Notes under the pieces: generated by a model
The model's database searches: none
What the model saw: the letters and a program-made list of their open reading frames with translations, nothing else
Told to the model about the DNA's origin: nothing
Shown: positions 37,785 to 50,213 of the stretch, piece after piece
Position numbering within the stretch: the first letter of the stretch is position 1
Layout of the letters: each line of letters begins with the position of its first letter
From: Cenococcum geophilum
Taxonomy: Eukaryota
Direction of reading: 5' to 3'
Length of the DNA stretch: 64,000 nucleotides
NCBI GenBank assembly: GCA_050273025.1
Contig: CP158635.1
Coordinates: 14,632,001 to 14,696,000, forward strand
Made by a program: the position numbers and the translations under genes

Positions 37785-38172
37785 AGTAGAGCTTTAAAGC
37801 TCTATATAAGGTTTTGAGTAAAGCTTCGAGCAGAGCCTTGTGCAGAGCTTTGAGCAGAGCCTTGTATAGAGCTTCGAGCAGAGCTTCGAGCAGAGCTTTG
37901 AGCAGAGCTTCGAGCAGAGCTTCGGCTAGAGCTTCGGCCAGAGCTTCGACCAGAGCTTCGACTACAGCTTCGACCAGAGCTTCGACCAGAGCTTCGACTA
38001 GAGCTTCGACTAGAGCTTCGACCGGAGCTTTAAGCAGAGCCTCGTGTAGAGCCTTGTGCAGAGCTTTATATAGAGTTTGTATTCGTGCAGGCGTTCGTGC
38101 AGACGTCGTGTAGGCTTCGTGCAGGCTTCGTGCAGGCTTTCGTGCAGGCTTTCGTGCAGGCGTTTATGCAGG
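37785..38172. repeat. 12-bp minisatellite (AGAGCTTCGAGC / AGAGCTTCGACC grading to AGGCTTCGTGC)
   Basis: Roughly 30 degenerate units read directly. Confidence 0.9.
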
Positions 38173-38339
38173 CAGCGGAAGAGCAATAAAGCAGGTAATA
38201 AGGCCCAGAGTTAGTCTAGATACAATACATTAGCTATTTAGGTATTTATCTACTATAAATATTAATATAGGAGGTTAAATGTTAAGGATTGGTAATGGTT
38301 AATAGCTCTGGCTAAATATTTACTATTTTAGTGGTAATA

Positions 38340-38650
38340 TTTAAGGTAAAATGTAGCAGTAACCATAACGCCGTTTATAATAATTTTGGTAGCATTAGAA
38401 TTGCCTTATAAAGCTCTAGAATATAACGTTGGCCGATTATTTATAAAGGCGTTAGTTTGTTATTAATTAATAGTAGTAGAGTTTTAAGCAGAGCTTTAAA
38501 GAGGAGATTCGCTTATTTAAGGCAAAATGTAGTAGTAACCACTAGGCCGTTCGCAATAATTTTAGTAGCATTAGAATTGCCCTATAAAGTTCTAGAACAT
38601 AACGTTGGCCGATTATTTATAAAGGCGTTAGTTCGTTGTTAATTAATAGC
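38340..38650. repeat. ~135-bp direct duplication (38340-38473 and 38517-38650)
   Basis: TTAAGG.AAAATGTAG.AGTAACCA...ACGTTGGCCGATTATTTATAAAGGCGTTAGTT...AATTAATAG occurs twice. Confidence 0.9.
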
Positions 38651-39275
38651 TAAAGGATTTAGTATGGCGCGTGAGTTTATATAAGAATTATATACAAATC
38701 GGCGCGAGGGACTAATAAATTTCCGAACCGTATACTAGACGACAACAACATAAGATAATTAATCTGTTATGTAAGCAGCTTATAATTGGTTGATCGTCTG
38801 GGACCGAGATAAATTCTATTAGTGCGGATTTTCAATCAGTCCGCAAGCTTACTAACTACGTTTATGCAAAACCACCAGAATTACGTCTAAGCCACATTTC
38901 CAACGTTTCTTAGTTTTTTAGCAATATCCGCGTTGCGGAGGTTGCGGATATTAAAATAACTCAACACCAGTATTTTATATCCTTCCCTAAAAGTTAATCA
39001 ATTATATAATAGAACGTAGGCTTTTAGAATATATTATTTTTATTACTTAGGTATTTTTAGGTCTTATGATTATTTTTATTTAAAAAAAAACGCGTTATTA
39101 GCAATTCTGCGACTATATATAACTTTATTAAACGCTAGCTAATATATATAAAACCTATATAAATCTATAATAGCTACTTTAAAGAACCTATTATAGCCTA
39201 GCGGATATATAGCATCCGCGTTATAGTATATAACACCTACTAAAACCTTATCGTGTGCTAACTATTAAGTTATAA

Positions 39276-42200
39276 ATATCTAAGCAAATCTACTATATAC
39301 CGACACTAAAACCTACTAAGCGGAGAGGAAGGAAGTTAAATAAGGTGCTAGAGCAGCCGCGGCCGTATTAGGTGTTAGATAATTAAACTTAAAGGAGTTA
39401 TAAAATAGATTAAGAGCGACGGCTATAGGACCTTTAAGATTAGCTTTTTACGCTTTATAGAGAGAGCAAGGCCCGGTAGCTAAGCAAGGTTAGTAAGGCT
39501 ATTGCTTTTTTATATCTATATTACGGACGTGCGGAGCAGCTTAAAGCCCTTAGGTAGCTACTATTTAAGAAAAAAGATATAATACTTATTATAAAAACCT
39601 TATTTAGCAAGAGTATAATAATATAAGTAATACTATGTCTTCTTTGGGCCTTAGTAGTAATTATTATCTTACTACTTAATGCGATTAGTATAGAGTAGAA
39701 GGTAAAGATTAAGGAGCTTCCTAAAATAAGGCCGGTTTATATATACGCCAAGATAATATCTATATATCTTTTACGGGAAATCCGCATTAGAGTATATACC
39801 TATATTTTAATATCGCTAGAGTTATTAGTTGGCGAAAGGTTCTATAAGACTCCTACTAACCCTACCTTTTATACGTATATTAGCTTAGTAGTAATTAATA
39901 AGGTATACCTTATAGCTAATTAGGGGGGTTTATTCTGGAATTCGTATATATAGCTATAGAAAGTGCAGTTATTATTAGGGCGAAAGCCTTAATTTACTTA
40001 TACTATAATATTTAACAATATAACATTTAAGATTGTTTAAGAGTTAGCGGGCTTTTAAAAAAATATTAATATAGTACGGATATTAATTAACCGGCCAGAT
40101 CTATTAATTATTAGAGAATACATTAAACGGGGAAGTAAGAAATCCTTTAAGAGCTTATATTTTGTTATAAACCGCGCGTATACCGCTATATCCACTAAGT
40201 AGAGAATTTAATACACGCTAACTCCCCACCAAATTCTAAAGATAATTATCTTTCTTAATTTAAAGGACCTAATATTACTAGGCAGGAACTTAATTTATTT
40301 ATAGTTGGTATATTATAGGTACCAGGAAGCGTAAGCTAAAAGAGCTATTTAGCTTTATTATACATTATTAGCTATTATAGATAAAGATAGACTATATAAG
40401 GAGTTTAGAAAACCTAACTCAGAAATCTATATTCTGCTTTCCTCTAACGCGCTTACCTATAGCGCTAATATTCCTAATATTAACTATATTACGTAGTATT
40501 GCATATATAAAGATAAGTCCATTAATATAATATGATAATAACTTAGACGCGGTGCTCGTGGTAGTAGTTAAATAGGTAAGGCAATATTTTTAATTAAGGA
40601 TTAGTATAAAGGTCCATATAAGGATATTACTAGGCTAGCCAAAAATCGCGGTTATACTAATAGAGCCTTCCAATCTTAGCTAAGCCAACTTAGCCGCAAA
40701 TATTGTGTTAAGTAATAGGTATTATAAGAAGATAGGGCTACTAATTTTACTAGCAATATATCTTTAAAAGTGTCTATATATAGTAATGCTGATTTTAATC
40801 CGTCCGCATCTAATATAGGGTAAGAGCTTAGTCTGGGTGGAACATCCGTAGTTCTACTTATGGATATTCTACTAAAGAAGCTAGTGTAGCGCCTAAAGAC
40901 TAAAGCTAAGAAAAGAGCAGCTCTCTCCTATTATATATATACTCTTATAAATAAGGAAAAGGGCTGCTTATAAAAGATTATATTGGAGAACTATAAGGAA
41001 TAGTCTCCATCTACTAGTAGTTAGGGTTATTACTCTAACTATAATCCTACTTTACAGGCTTTTAAAGAGTTTAATATCCGTAAGCCGTATATAGAGGGGA
41101 TTCCAAGAAAAATGCACTAAAAGGCCTTTACTATAAGCATAAAAAACTAGTTCTATAACTAGATGGAGAAGAAATATTAGTATACTATTTGGAATCCGAC
41201 CTTAAGCTACGTTATATCCAATAAGCAAATTACCGCCCTTTATAGCTGCGCCTAGTATATAACTAGCCATAAGGCGCTTAAGAAAAACCTACCTAATTAA
41301 AATTATAATTAGCTTAGTAATAATCTAAATAAGTTTATTGCCTTTATTTAAGCCGAGGTAAAAAAGGCAAATTAGGTAGAGATTTAGCTATTAGCATTAG
41401 TAAGTAAATTAAAAAATAGCGTAGAGCGGATATTACCACAGTCTAGGGTAGCGGAGAGGCGTATAGTATTAGTAGCTTAACGTCTGTAAATATAAGTAGC
41501 CTAGCTACCTTAATTGATATCCGCCGAAAATCCGTATATGGGGCTGCCGACACTATTACCTTCTTAGCCTATATCTAGCAGGAACGTATAGCTAGCTAGC
41601 TTAAACCCTAGCTAGTAAAACACCTCTAGGCTAAGTATACTAATATTCTATAACGGATACCAGTCCTAGTAACGTGACGGTTAGGTTTAGTTTTTAATAT
41701 AGGGCGGATATCTAGGATCTTAAAGTTAGGCTAGGTATTAACATCCCTAGGGCAACAATTAGCGTCAGTTATTATTAGGTATTAAGTATTGGCCTCTTAG
41801 ATATTAGGGTCTATACTATAATAATAGATATTAACTCCCTATAGCTCCTGGATATCTAAGCCTATACTATAGCATTAGAAACTAGTCTCTAGGGTAGGCT
41901 AGGTATTATAGCTTATAAGGTAACTTTATATCTTAACCCTTAGAATAATCCGGATATTAGAGCTTATAGCGCAGTATTAGGTCTTAGCCCTTAAAGCAAT
42001 CCGGATATTAAAGCTTATAGCACAGCATTAAATCTAAATCCTTAGGGCAGTTTAAGTATTAGAGCTTATAGTGTAATACTAAGTCTTAACTTTTAGATAA
42101 GCCTAAGGTTTAATATTTGTAATATAGCACTAAATCTCTAATTACGAAAGGTTTTAAAGTTTAAGATTTATAATATAGCACTAGTTCCTAGGTAGTAGGA

Positions 42201-42520
42201 AATTTAGAAATTTAGAAATCGTAATATAGTATTAAATCTCCGCTCCTAGAGAAACCTAAGGCTTAGGATTTAAGTTATAATACTAAATCTCCGCTCCTAG
42301 GAAACTTTAAGGCTTAGGGTTTATAGGCTAATACTTAATCTCCGCCCTCTAAACTGGGCGTAGTTTAGAATTCACGTGCTAATGTTTAATCCCCACCTTC
42401 CAAATTGGGTGCGGCTTAGAATTTATAGTCTAATATTTAATCTCCGCTCTCTAAATTAGGCGTAGCTTAGAACCTATAGCCTAGTGCTTAATCTCTACCC
42501 TTAGTTTTAGATATGATATA
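39276..42520 (+). pseudogene. RecQ-like SF2 helicase with Zn-binding module and a repetitive C-terminal tail, RIP-inactivated
   Basis: LIIKTLFSKS, read as AKTSFGKS (motif I, ~39585-39615); IILLLNAI, read as LPLNAI; ISLELL, read as SPELL; LVVINKVYLIAN*G, read as VIDEAHLV.NWG (~39885-39925); SSNALTYSANIPNI, read as SSDAL.HGADIPDI (~40440-40480); **LRRGARG, read as QRLGRGARG (~40535-40562); YYSNYNP, read as CCSNC.P (~41028-41048). Ends approximate. Confidence 0.88.
41860..42520 (+). repeat. 51-bp (17-codon) degenerate tandem repeat, ~12-13 copies
   Basis: AGCTTATAG recurs at 41961, 42012 and 42063; AATCTCCGC-like anchors recur every 51 bp from ~42235 to ~42490. Confidence 0.8.
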
Positions 42521-43446
42521 GCTTTAGCAGGTTAATATTTAATATTCCTTGGCGTTTTACTTATTTATTAACTTAACTAAGACTAGGGTAGAGCTCTAAT
42601 TAATATTTAGGTGTTAAGTGTCGATCTCTATATGCGTATTTAAATAGTCCATTAGATTCTTATCTAGAGAGATATTAAAGTTTATACTAAAAGCTCCTAA
42701 AACCCATAGAACCTATATTATATTAGCTATTTAGTTTAAGTGTCTTATAATCCTCTTAACTAGATATTATCCGTTTTTCTTAGGCTACTATACCTTAAGC
42801 CTTTTAGCCAATATTAGATTTACCTTATAGTAAGAGAAAACAAAAGGATATATCTGCGCACTCTAAAAGTAAGAAATCCGCTTACTAAGTAAACCTAATA
42901 TCTACTTATAACCCCTCTCTAGCACCTTAATTAAGTAGTAATTCTATATTAATGTTACTTTATAAGTTAACTAGACGGCGCCCACTTACTTTAATTAGTA
43001 GTAACTTAACTATAAAGGATTTACGCGTTACAAATAAGCGTATATAAGGTGGTTAATTTTTACTAAGGTAAGTTATAGCGGCGATTATTTATTAGTAAGC
43101 TAATTTAATAAAATTAGCAGCGCGGATATTTACCTTTAATTAACCTCTGTACTTCTTCTTTTATTAACTATTAGGTAAAACCTAAGTAGATAGTTATATA
43201 GGTGTAAGGTATGGGCGACCCTAGGGCGACCTAGGGGTGACTCGCCTGTAAGGCACGTGCTTTACATATGCCTAGGGAAAACCCTTCCTACCTTATATAT
43301 AGACTCCTCCTTTTTCCCTTAAGGATTTGTCTCTGTCTATACAATATACCTATTATTCTATTATTGGACTCCTTATCCACATCCTTACCTTATATTTAAA
43401 TCCTTACCAATCCCCTTAGGAGGATAGCCGGTTTAATTTTTCTATA

Positions 43447-46400
43447 ATACCTCTAAAAAGAAAACCGACGCCTGTACCCGATAGTAATACGCTAGTAATG
43501 CAACCGCAGAACGCCTTAGGATCTAGTGCAGACGAAACCGCTAAAAGTATACTAGTAGCATCTAAGCCATTTTTTAAATCTTAAAATAATTAGACATCTA
43601 TAAACGCTAGAGACTAGTTTAACTTATATACCTAGGCTTAATAGAAGCTTAGTAAGATTACTAGCGTCCTACCTAATACCGCTAATATAAAGGAGCTAGA
43701 TAAGCTAGCTAAGAAAATAGCTAACTTACGGAGCATTATTAATTTAATAAAGCCCTCCCGTTGCCTCTTTAGTAAAGAGTATAAGTTATATAGCAAACGC
43801 ATACGCCGAATAAATCTCAACGCCCTAGTTAAGAAGTTACTACCTAATATTAGCGGTACTACTTAACAGCATTTTAACTGGTAGATTGCCGCAGTTAAGA
43901 ACCGATTTAAGGTTAATAACGCTAACTATAACTATAAGCAACGCACGCGCTAGGCCATTAAAGGTTTTATAAAAAAGAAGACAATTACCTAACTAGTTTA
44001 TCGCCGGTTAGGCACTAAGAATAAGGGTCCTTTACTATAGAATAAATTTAAGACTATAGTCCAAGACTAGATTAGGAACCCTATAGTAAGACACTTTAAT
44101 AACGCTATAATATACTATACAGCTGTTATAAAGGAGAACTAAAGGTTTAACGTCTTCCTAACCTATATGCGTAGCTTAGAGGACCTCTTCTTATATACCC
44201 CCTTTATTAATCCTAAATAATAGGTAGACTTTTAGTTCTTATATCTCCTAGCCTACCTATAAGTAAAGCTCTTCCGCCAGAACTTTGCCTAACGGGTAAG
44301 AACCGCTAAAGACCTCTTTAACGAAATCCGCTATATAGAGTAATTACTTAATACTATAAAGCTCGCGGAAGATTGCGTAAGTAGCAGCGGCAAATTATCG
44401 CGTATAAAGCGCGGTCGCAGTATAGGCTCTATAGACTTAGGCTTAGGGAACAGAACCTAAAAAGGGCGACGCTTTTTTAAGTAAACTTCTAAGGAGATCA
44501 CCTAAAAGCTGGATGGCTTAGGGGACCCCCTAAACGCTAGTGCTACGTAAGTAAGTTAAAGAACCGTAGGCAGCTACTATAAGGAATACTAAAAGCAGGC
44601 TAATAAAGAGAAGTTAGCTCGGCCTTTAGAAAACCTAAAGCCCTAGTAGCGTATCTCTCTTAACTGCAACTAGGGCCTAATATAGAGGGAGAGAAGAAAC
44701 GCATTATAGTATATATTGCGATGGATACGCCCTAGGGCGAAGTCCGCCTATATGCTTTATATAATAATAAGTGCTAAATTAACCTTATTAATTAAGATAT
44801 CGTCCGTAGGTTTAACCTACCTATATACCACACGCTATATTTATATAAACCTATTATACGTTTCCTTAATAGCAACTAGATAATAATCTAAGATACTTAT
44901 AATCTAATAGTTACCACTAGCGACTCCTAGGGTACCTTTTGCACTATTAGCCCGCAGACCTTTTAGGGCGGCTTATTTAATGGTTATAATATAGTTCTTA
45001 AATAGGATTAGCTTGTGAAAATAGATCTATTAATTAGCTTCCGTTCTAGATAGTTTATTTAGGGTACTTTAGACCCTAAACGCCTCTAAATAGTTACCCT
45101 TAACGCTCTCTTAGTAGATATTAAGGCTAGCGAAATAGTCTATTCGCTATAGCTAGAAGACTTCCTCTTTACGCTAGTTATGAATATAATAGAGGACCTA
45201 TTATTACTAGCAGCGAGTACCTGTGCAGACCCTTTAGATGTAGAGATACTGGTTATAAATATAGTAGAGGACCTGCCGTTACTGGCAGCAAGTATTTATA
45301 AAGACCCTCTAGTGCCGGCGTAGATCACCTACATATAAGGGAGAGGTGATTAAAAACCCAAAACTATTAAGTATACTATAGTAGAGCTATATATACTCTT
45401 AGTGCGAGTATACCTATAAAACGCATGTTGGCTACACCCTTTTCTTTACTAGCTTCTAGAAGTATACAACTATATAATAGTCGCTTTAACCTCTATAGCC
45501 CCTAGCCTACTAGATATATATAAGAAGGAAATTAATATCTTCTCTAATAAGCTAGTAAGTATACTACTATAGAACTCTAAATATAACTATGCAATTAACT
45601 TAAAAGAAGGCAAGACGCTACCGTAAATGCCCCTTTATAACCTCTTATAGAAAGAGTTATAGATTTTATAAGAGTACCTAGATAGTGCTCTTAAAAAGGG
45701 CTAGATTAGGCCTAGTAAGTCGCCTACTAGAGCGCCTATTCTCTTTATACTAAAAGCAGACGGTATAATACGGCTATATATTAACTACAGACGCCTAAAT
45801 AAGATTATAATTAAAAATCGGTACCCCCTACCGCTAGTTGGCGAACTCTTTAATAGGCTTAACTATGCGAAGATATTTATAAAGCTAGATCTTTATAATA
45901 CGTACTATAGAATTTATATTAAAAAGGGAGATAAATGGAAGACCGTATTTAAGACACGCTACGGTTACTTTAAGTACCTAATAATGCCCTTTAATCTTGC
46001 TAACGCCCCTATAACTTTTTAGAGCTATATTTATAAAGCTCTAGAAACCCTAGTAGATGCTATTTACGTAGTTTACCTAGATAATATTCTTATCTACTTA
46101 AATAACGAGGATAAGTACGTCGAGTATATTAAGCAGGTACTGCGACAGCTTTACGCTTAGGGCCTATATACCAAACTATTAAAATACATCTTTTATCCTA
46201 AGAACGTTAAGTTCCTAGGCTTTATTATTACCCTTAGGGGTATTATAATAGACCCTAACCGCGTAAAAGCTATTAAGGAATAGCCTAAGCCTAAGTCCTA
46301 TAGGGATATCTAAATCTTTCTTAGCTTTACTAACTTCTATAGGCGATTTATCTGGAACTACTTAAATACTATATACCCCCTATACGTATATCTTATATAG

Positions 46401-49145
46401 GCATATCGCAACCTAATGTTAGATAGGGAGAAGAAGAAGAGATATAAGTTAAAAGGGCCTACTAAATGGTATTAACCTTAGTCCTAGCCTGATAACGCGT
46501 AGTAGGTATTCTATAAGCTATGCGCTACGTTTATATAGGCTCCTCTACTTTGCTACTTTAACCCTAATTTACCCCTAATAGTAATTACTAACGCTTCTAA
46601 CTATACCTATAGCGGTATACTTCTGTAGCCTTTAGGGTAAAAAGATTAACTCTACTAGCACCTAATCACTTATTATAGTTAGAAGCTTACTAGCCTAGAA
46701 GTATAGTATAATACGTATAATAAAGAACTACTCGCTATAGTGTAATGCTTTAAGACGTAGCGCTATTACCTTAAATACGCCGCGTATATAACACGCGTGC
46801 TCTACAATTATAATAATCTTAGGTACTTTATAACCACTAAGAGCTTATCTGCTCGCTAGGCCTAATACGCTAAGGAACTAGCTAAGTTTAATTTTAAGAT
46901 TAAATATAAGCTAGGTAAAGCAAATCCTGCTAATATACTATCCTAGCGCCTAGATTATGCTAAAGGCTTTAAAAATAGTAGTAAGAGGATACTCCTTAAT
47001 ATTATACTGCCTATATTGTAGTAAAAGTTACGGGTTATAGGCCTTATGGGCGGCCCTAGTGCTACTATATTATACTAGCGAGTAGTATACGTGTAGTATA
47101 CGAGCGACCCTTATAAACTTAGCGCTAGCGGACTAGAGCGTCTTACCATTCTTTTTAAGACTACTTCGACTGGCCTAATGGCGCTTAACCCTAAGGAAGT
47201 GTAAGCTTTGCAGTGTGTGGGAATTAAACGAGCGACTTAATTGTAAATCTATGGAAATTAAGTGGTATATATATATAAAGAAGGCATAGGAAATAAGGGG
47301 TAATTAACCAAGTCAGTGGCCGAGTCGGTGAGCGAGTTAAGGTGTATATGGTGATACGAGACAAGACAAGGTAGTGTTTTGGCAGGGTACTGTAGTCGGT
47401 TACAGGAAGACCCCTTAGCCCAGGCTATGGTCCCCCGTAATAACCTAGCGAGTTACCTACGTATTATATGTTACTTCGCTAGCACCGACTTTATACAGAG
47501 TCTTGTGCCATGGTAAAAGGTAGTAGTAGCTACTTTAGCCAAAACGGCGTTTATGGAACACCCCCCTAAGTTACTAGTTAATTTTATTTATAGAGTATAA
47601 AAAAGGGACGCCTTTATACGCTTTATATATAATCAGTTAACCTAAAAATGAGTTCCTGCCGGTAATAAGGACTATACCCTTAATAATTAAGGACTTTTAA
47701 GGTAAAATAATAAGGTCTAGGTGCCGAATTGCATACTATTATAATAGGAGATCCTTAAGTGGAATTATAACAATCCTATAGGCGGCCACTATGGTTTTAA
47801 CTATACCTTTAAGGTAATTGCGCGAAAGTATACTTAGAACGGCCTTACCTAGGACCTCCGTAAATACCTAGATAATTGTAATACCTACTAACGCTCTAAA
47901 TCGCGCCGCTATAAACCCTATAGTAAGCTGTAGCCTCTCTAGGCCCCTACCCAAGCCTAGTAGTATTATTTACTTAACTTTATTATGGATTTCCTAAAGT
48001 CTAAAACTCCTAATAGCATAGAGTATAACTCCGTTCTTATCCTTATAGACCGTTTTATAAAGCTAATACGCTACTATCTAATGCGTAAGATAATTAATGC
48101 TACGCAACTCGCAGAACTTTTATTTAGAGTCTTTACGTAAATAGGGCCTCTAAATAATATTATCTTTAATAGGGGTAGTATATTTACAAGCGAGTACTAA
48201 AGCACTATATACTACTATCTCCGCGTTTAATATAAACTTAGTACCGCATTTTACCCGCAAATAGATAGTTAGACAAAGCATTAGAACTAGGAGCTTAAGG
48301 TATACCTATATATATTTACGAACTAGAAACAGTTTAATTAGGCCTCCCTACTTAAAGAAGTAGCCTTTACCTATAACTCTAAGGTCCATACTATAATAAA
48401 GCGTTCCCTTATTAAGCTCGCCTATAGCTAGCTACTAAATATCCCGGACAAAGTCCTAGACGGCGTTTAAGACGCCTAGTAAGGTAGGGAAGAGTTTAAG
48501 TTAACAAATGTTAAACTAGTAAAGACGTATCTATAATGCCTGCGCATTATATATAAGGCAGCGGCGGCGTTAATAATGCACGCCTAATAGCTTTAGGTAA
48601 AATACTATAATCGTCACTATCTAGCCAAGCATTTCGCCGTTAGTAAACGAGTCCTACTCTCCTTTAAGAATATCCGCACAAAACGTCCCTATAAAAAGCT
48701 TAACTATAAGTTTATAGAACCGTTTTAGATCCTAGAGCGCGTAAGGCAGCAAGTATATAAGCTAGAGCTTCCACCCGCTATAGCATAGCTCTATCTAGTC
48801 TTCTATATCTCCCTACTAGAGCCTTATAGGTCACGCCCTAGGTTTTAACCCCTAGCAGTAAAAGAGCTTAAGGAAGGCAGCTGGGAAGTAAAAGTAATTA
48901 TCGCCTACTAGGATTGTGCTAGATAACCATAGTACCTTATTAAATAGCTAGGATGGCTAAATAAGTATAATAAATAGAAATACAAGATAGAACTTAAGAA
49001 TTATTAATAACTATTAGATAAGTACCGTAAGCGGAACACCCTAGCCTTATAGCCGAAGCGCAGGCGAAAAGTAAGCGCTGCTGTTAAAATATAACCTATA
49101 TTAAAGTAGAGTAAAGGACGTCCTAAGGGATTAAAGAATAAGTAA
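43447..49145 (+). pseudogene. G4 gag-pol, RIP-inactivated
   Basis: Start IPLKRKPTPVP, read as MPPKRK; protease (~44750-44790); RT VYLDNILIY (~46071-46098); integrase core NRGSIFTSEY (~48168-48197); chromodomain WEVKVII...YLIK*LGW (~48882-49030). Confidence 0.9.
47200..47404. repeat. 205-bp solo LTR of a further family, inserted in G4 pol
   Basis: TGTAA...TTACA ends; TSD GGAAG at 47195-47199 and 47405-47409. Confidence 0.88.
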
Positions 49146-50213
49146 CAATTACTATAAGAACTGCGGCGTATATATAGGGTAAAGTTTTAATTTATTAATA
49201 TCCTATATAAGCCACACTCTAATGTAACCTGGCGATGCTAGTAACTTATAGGTAAGGCTACGGCATATACCGGCAATAAAGCTTAATTTAGAAAGCACCC
49301 TTCTTAGACCTAATCCGTTACTCTATATTAGCTAAGCAGATTACTTATATATTAGAAAATAGGCCCGTTTATAACTAGGGTCTATTTAACCGGGGTCTAT
49401 AACTTACTAGTAACCCACTAGTAGTAACCTATACTAATAACTTATACTATTCTATATATATACTATACAGATAACGCGTAAGGCTAAAGTATAGGTTAGT
49501 AGCGGATTTAACAGGTATATAGCCTTGCCGTCCTAAACCTAGCTATATATAAGTAACCTATAACCTACCTATAAAGTATATACGGCGCTATACCGGTATA
49601 GCATAAGGCTAAAGCAGGGTTAGTAGCGGGTTTAATAGGTATATAGCCTTACCGTCTATAAATCTAGCTGTATATAAATAACCTATAACTAACCCGCGAG
49701 GTACTAGCGACCTACCTACGTAAATAAGCTTTTAGAATATTTCTAGTCTACTAAATTTAGGTAACGGTATTAAGCTCTACTAGCTCTACCTATTAAATAG
49801 ACTAATTAGGATTTTCTATACCGGGTATATAAAATCGCTACTAGCTCGGTTAAATATAGGGGAGTTTTAGTAAGGTAAATCTGACTAATTAGACAACTTT
49901 AACCGCCGGTTAAAGTTTCTTAACATCTTCGCGCCGCGCATATGTACCACCTATCTCTCTATACGCAAAATTAAGACGCTCTTTCCCCTCCAAATTTTTT
50001 CCTTACTAGGGTTTTTTATAGGGTTTTATTAAGGCTTAAGTATATAAAGGATTAGGGACGACCCTTTTTAAAGGGGGAGGGCATTATTAGGTAAAACCTA
50101 AGTAGATAGTTATATAGGTATAAGGTATAGGGCAACCTAGGGAAAACCCTTCCTACCTCGCACACAGACTCCTCCTTTTTCCCTTAAGGATTTATCTCTG
50201 TCTATATAATATA

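Noticed and set aside
37814..38113. 99-aa SRAS-repeat ORF
   Set aside because: Product of the 12-bp array; no ATG start and no support outside the repeat.
39276..41500. Host SGS1/RecQ gene or telomere-linked helicase
   Set aside because: It is heavily RIPped (so multicopy), there are no (TTAGGG)n arrays in the window, and an Academ-like transposase lies convergent to it. A TLH origin cannot be fully excluded.
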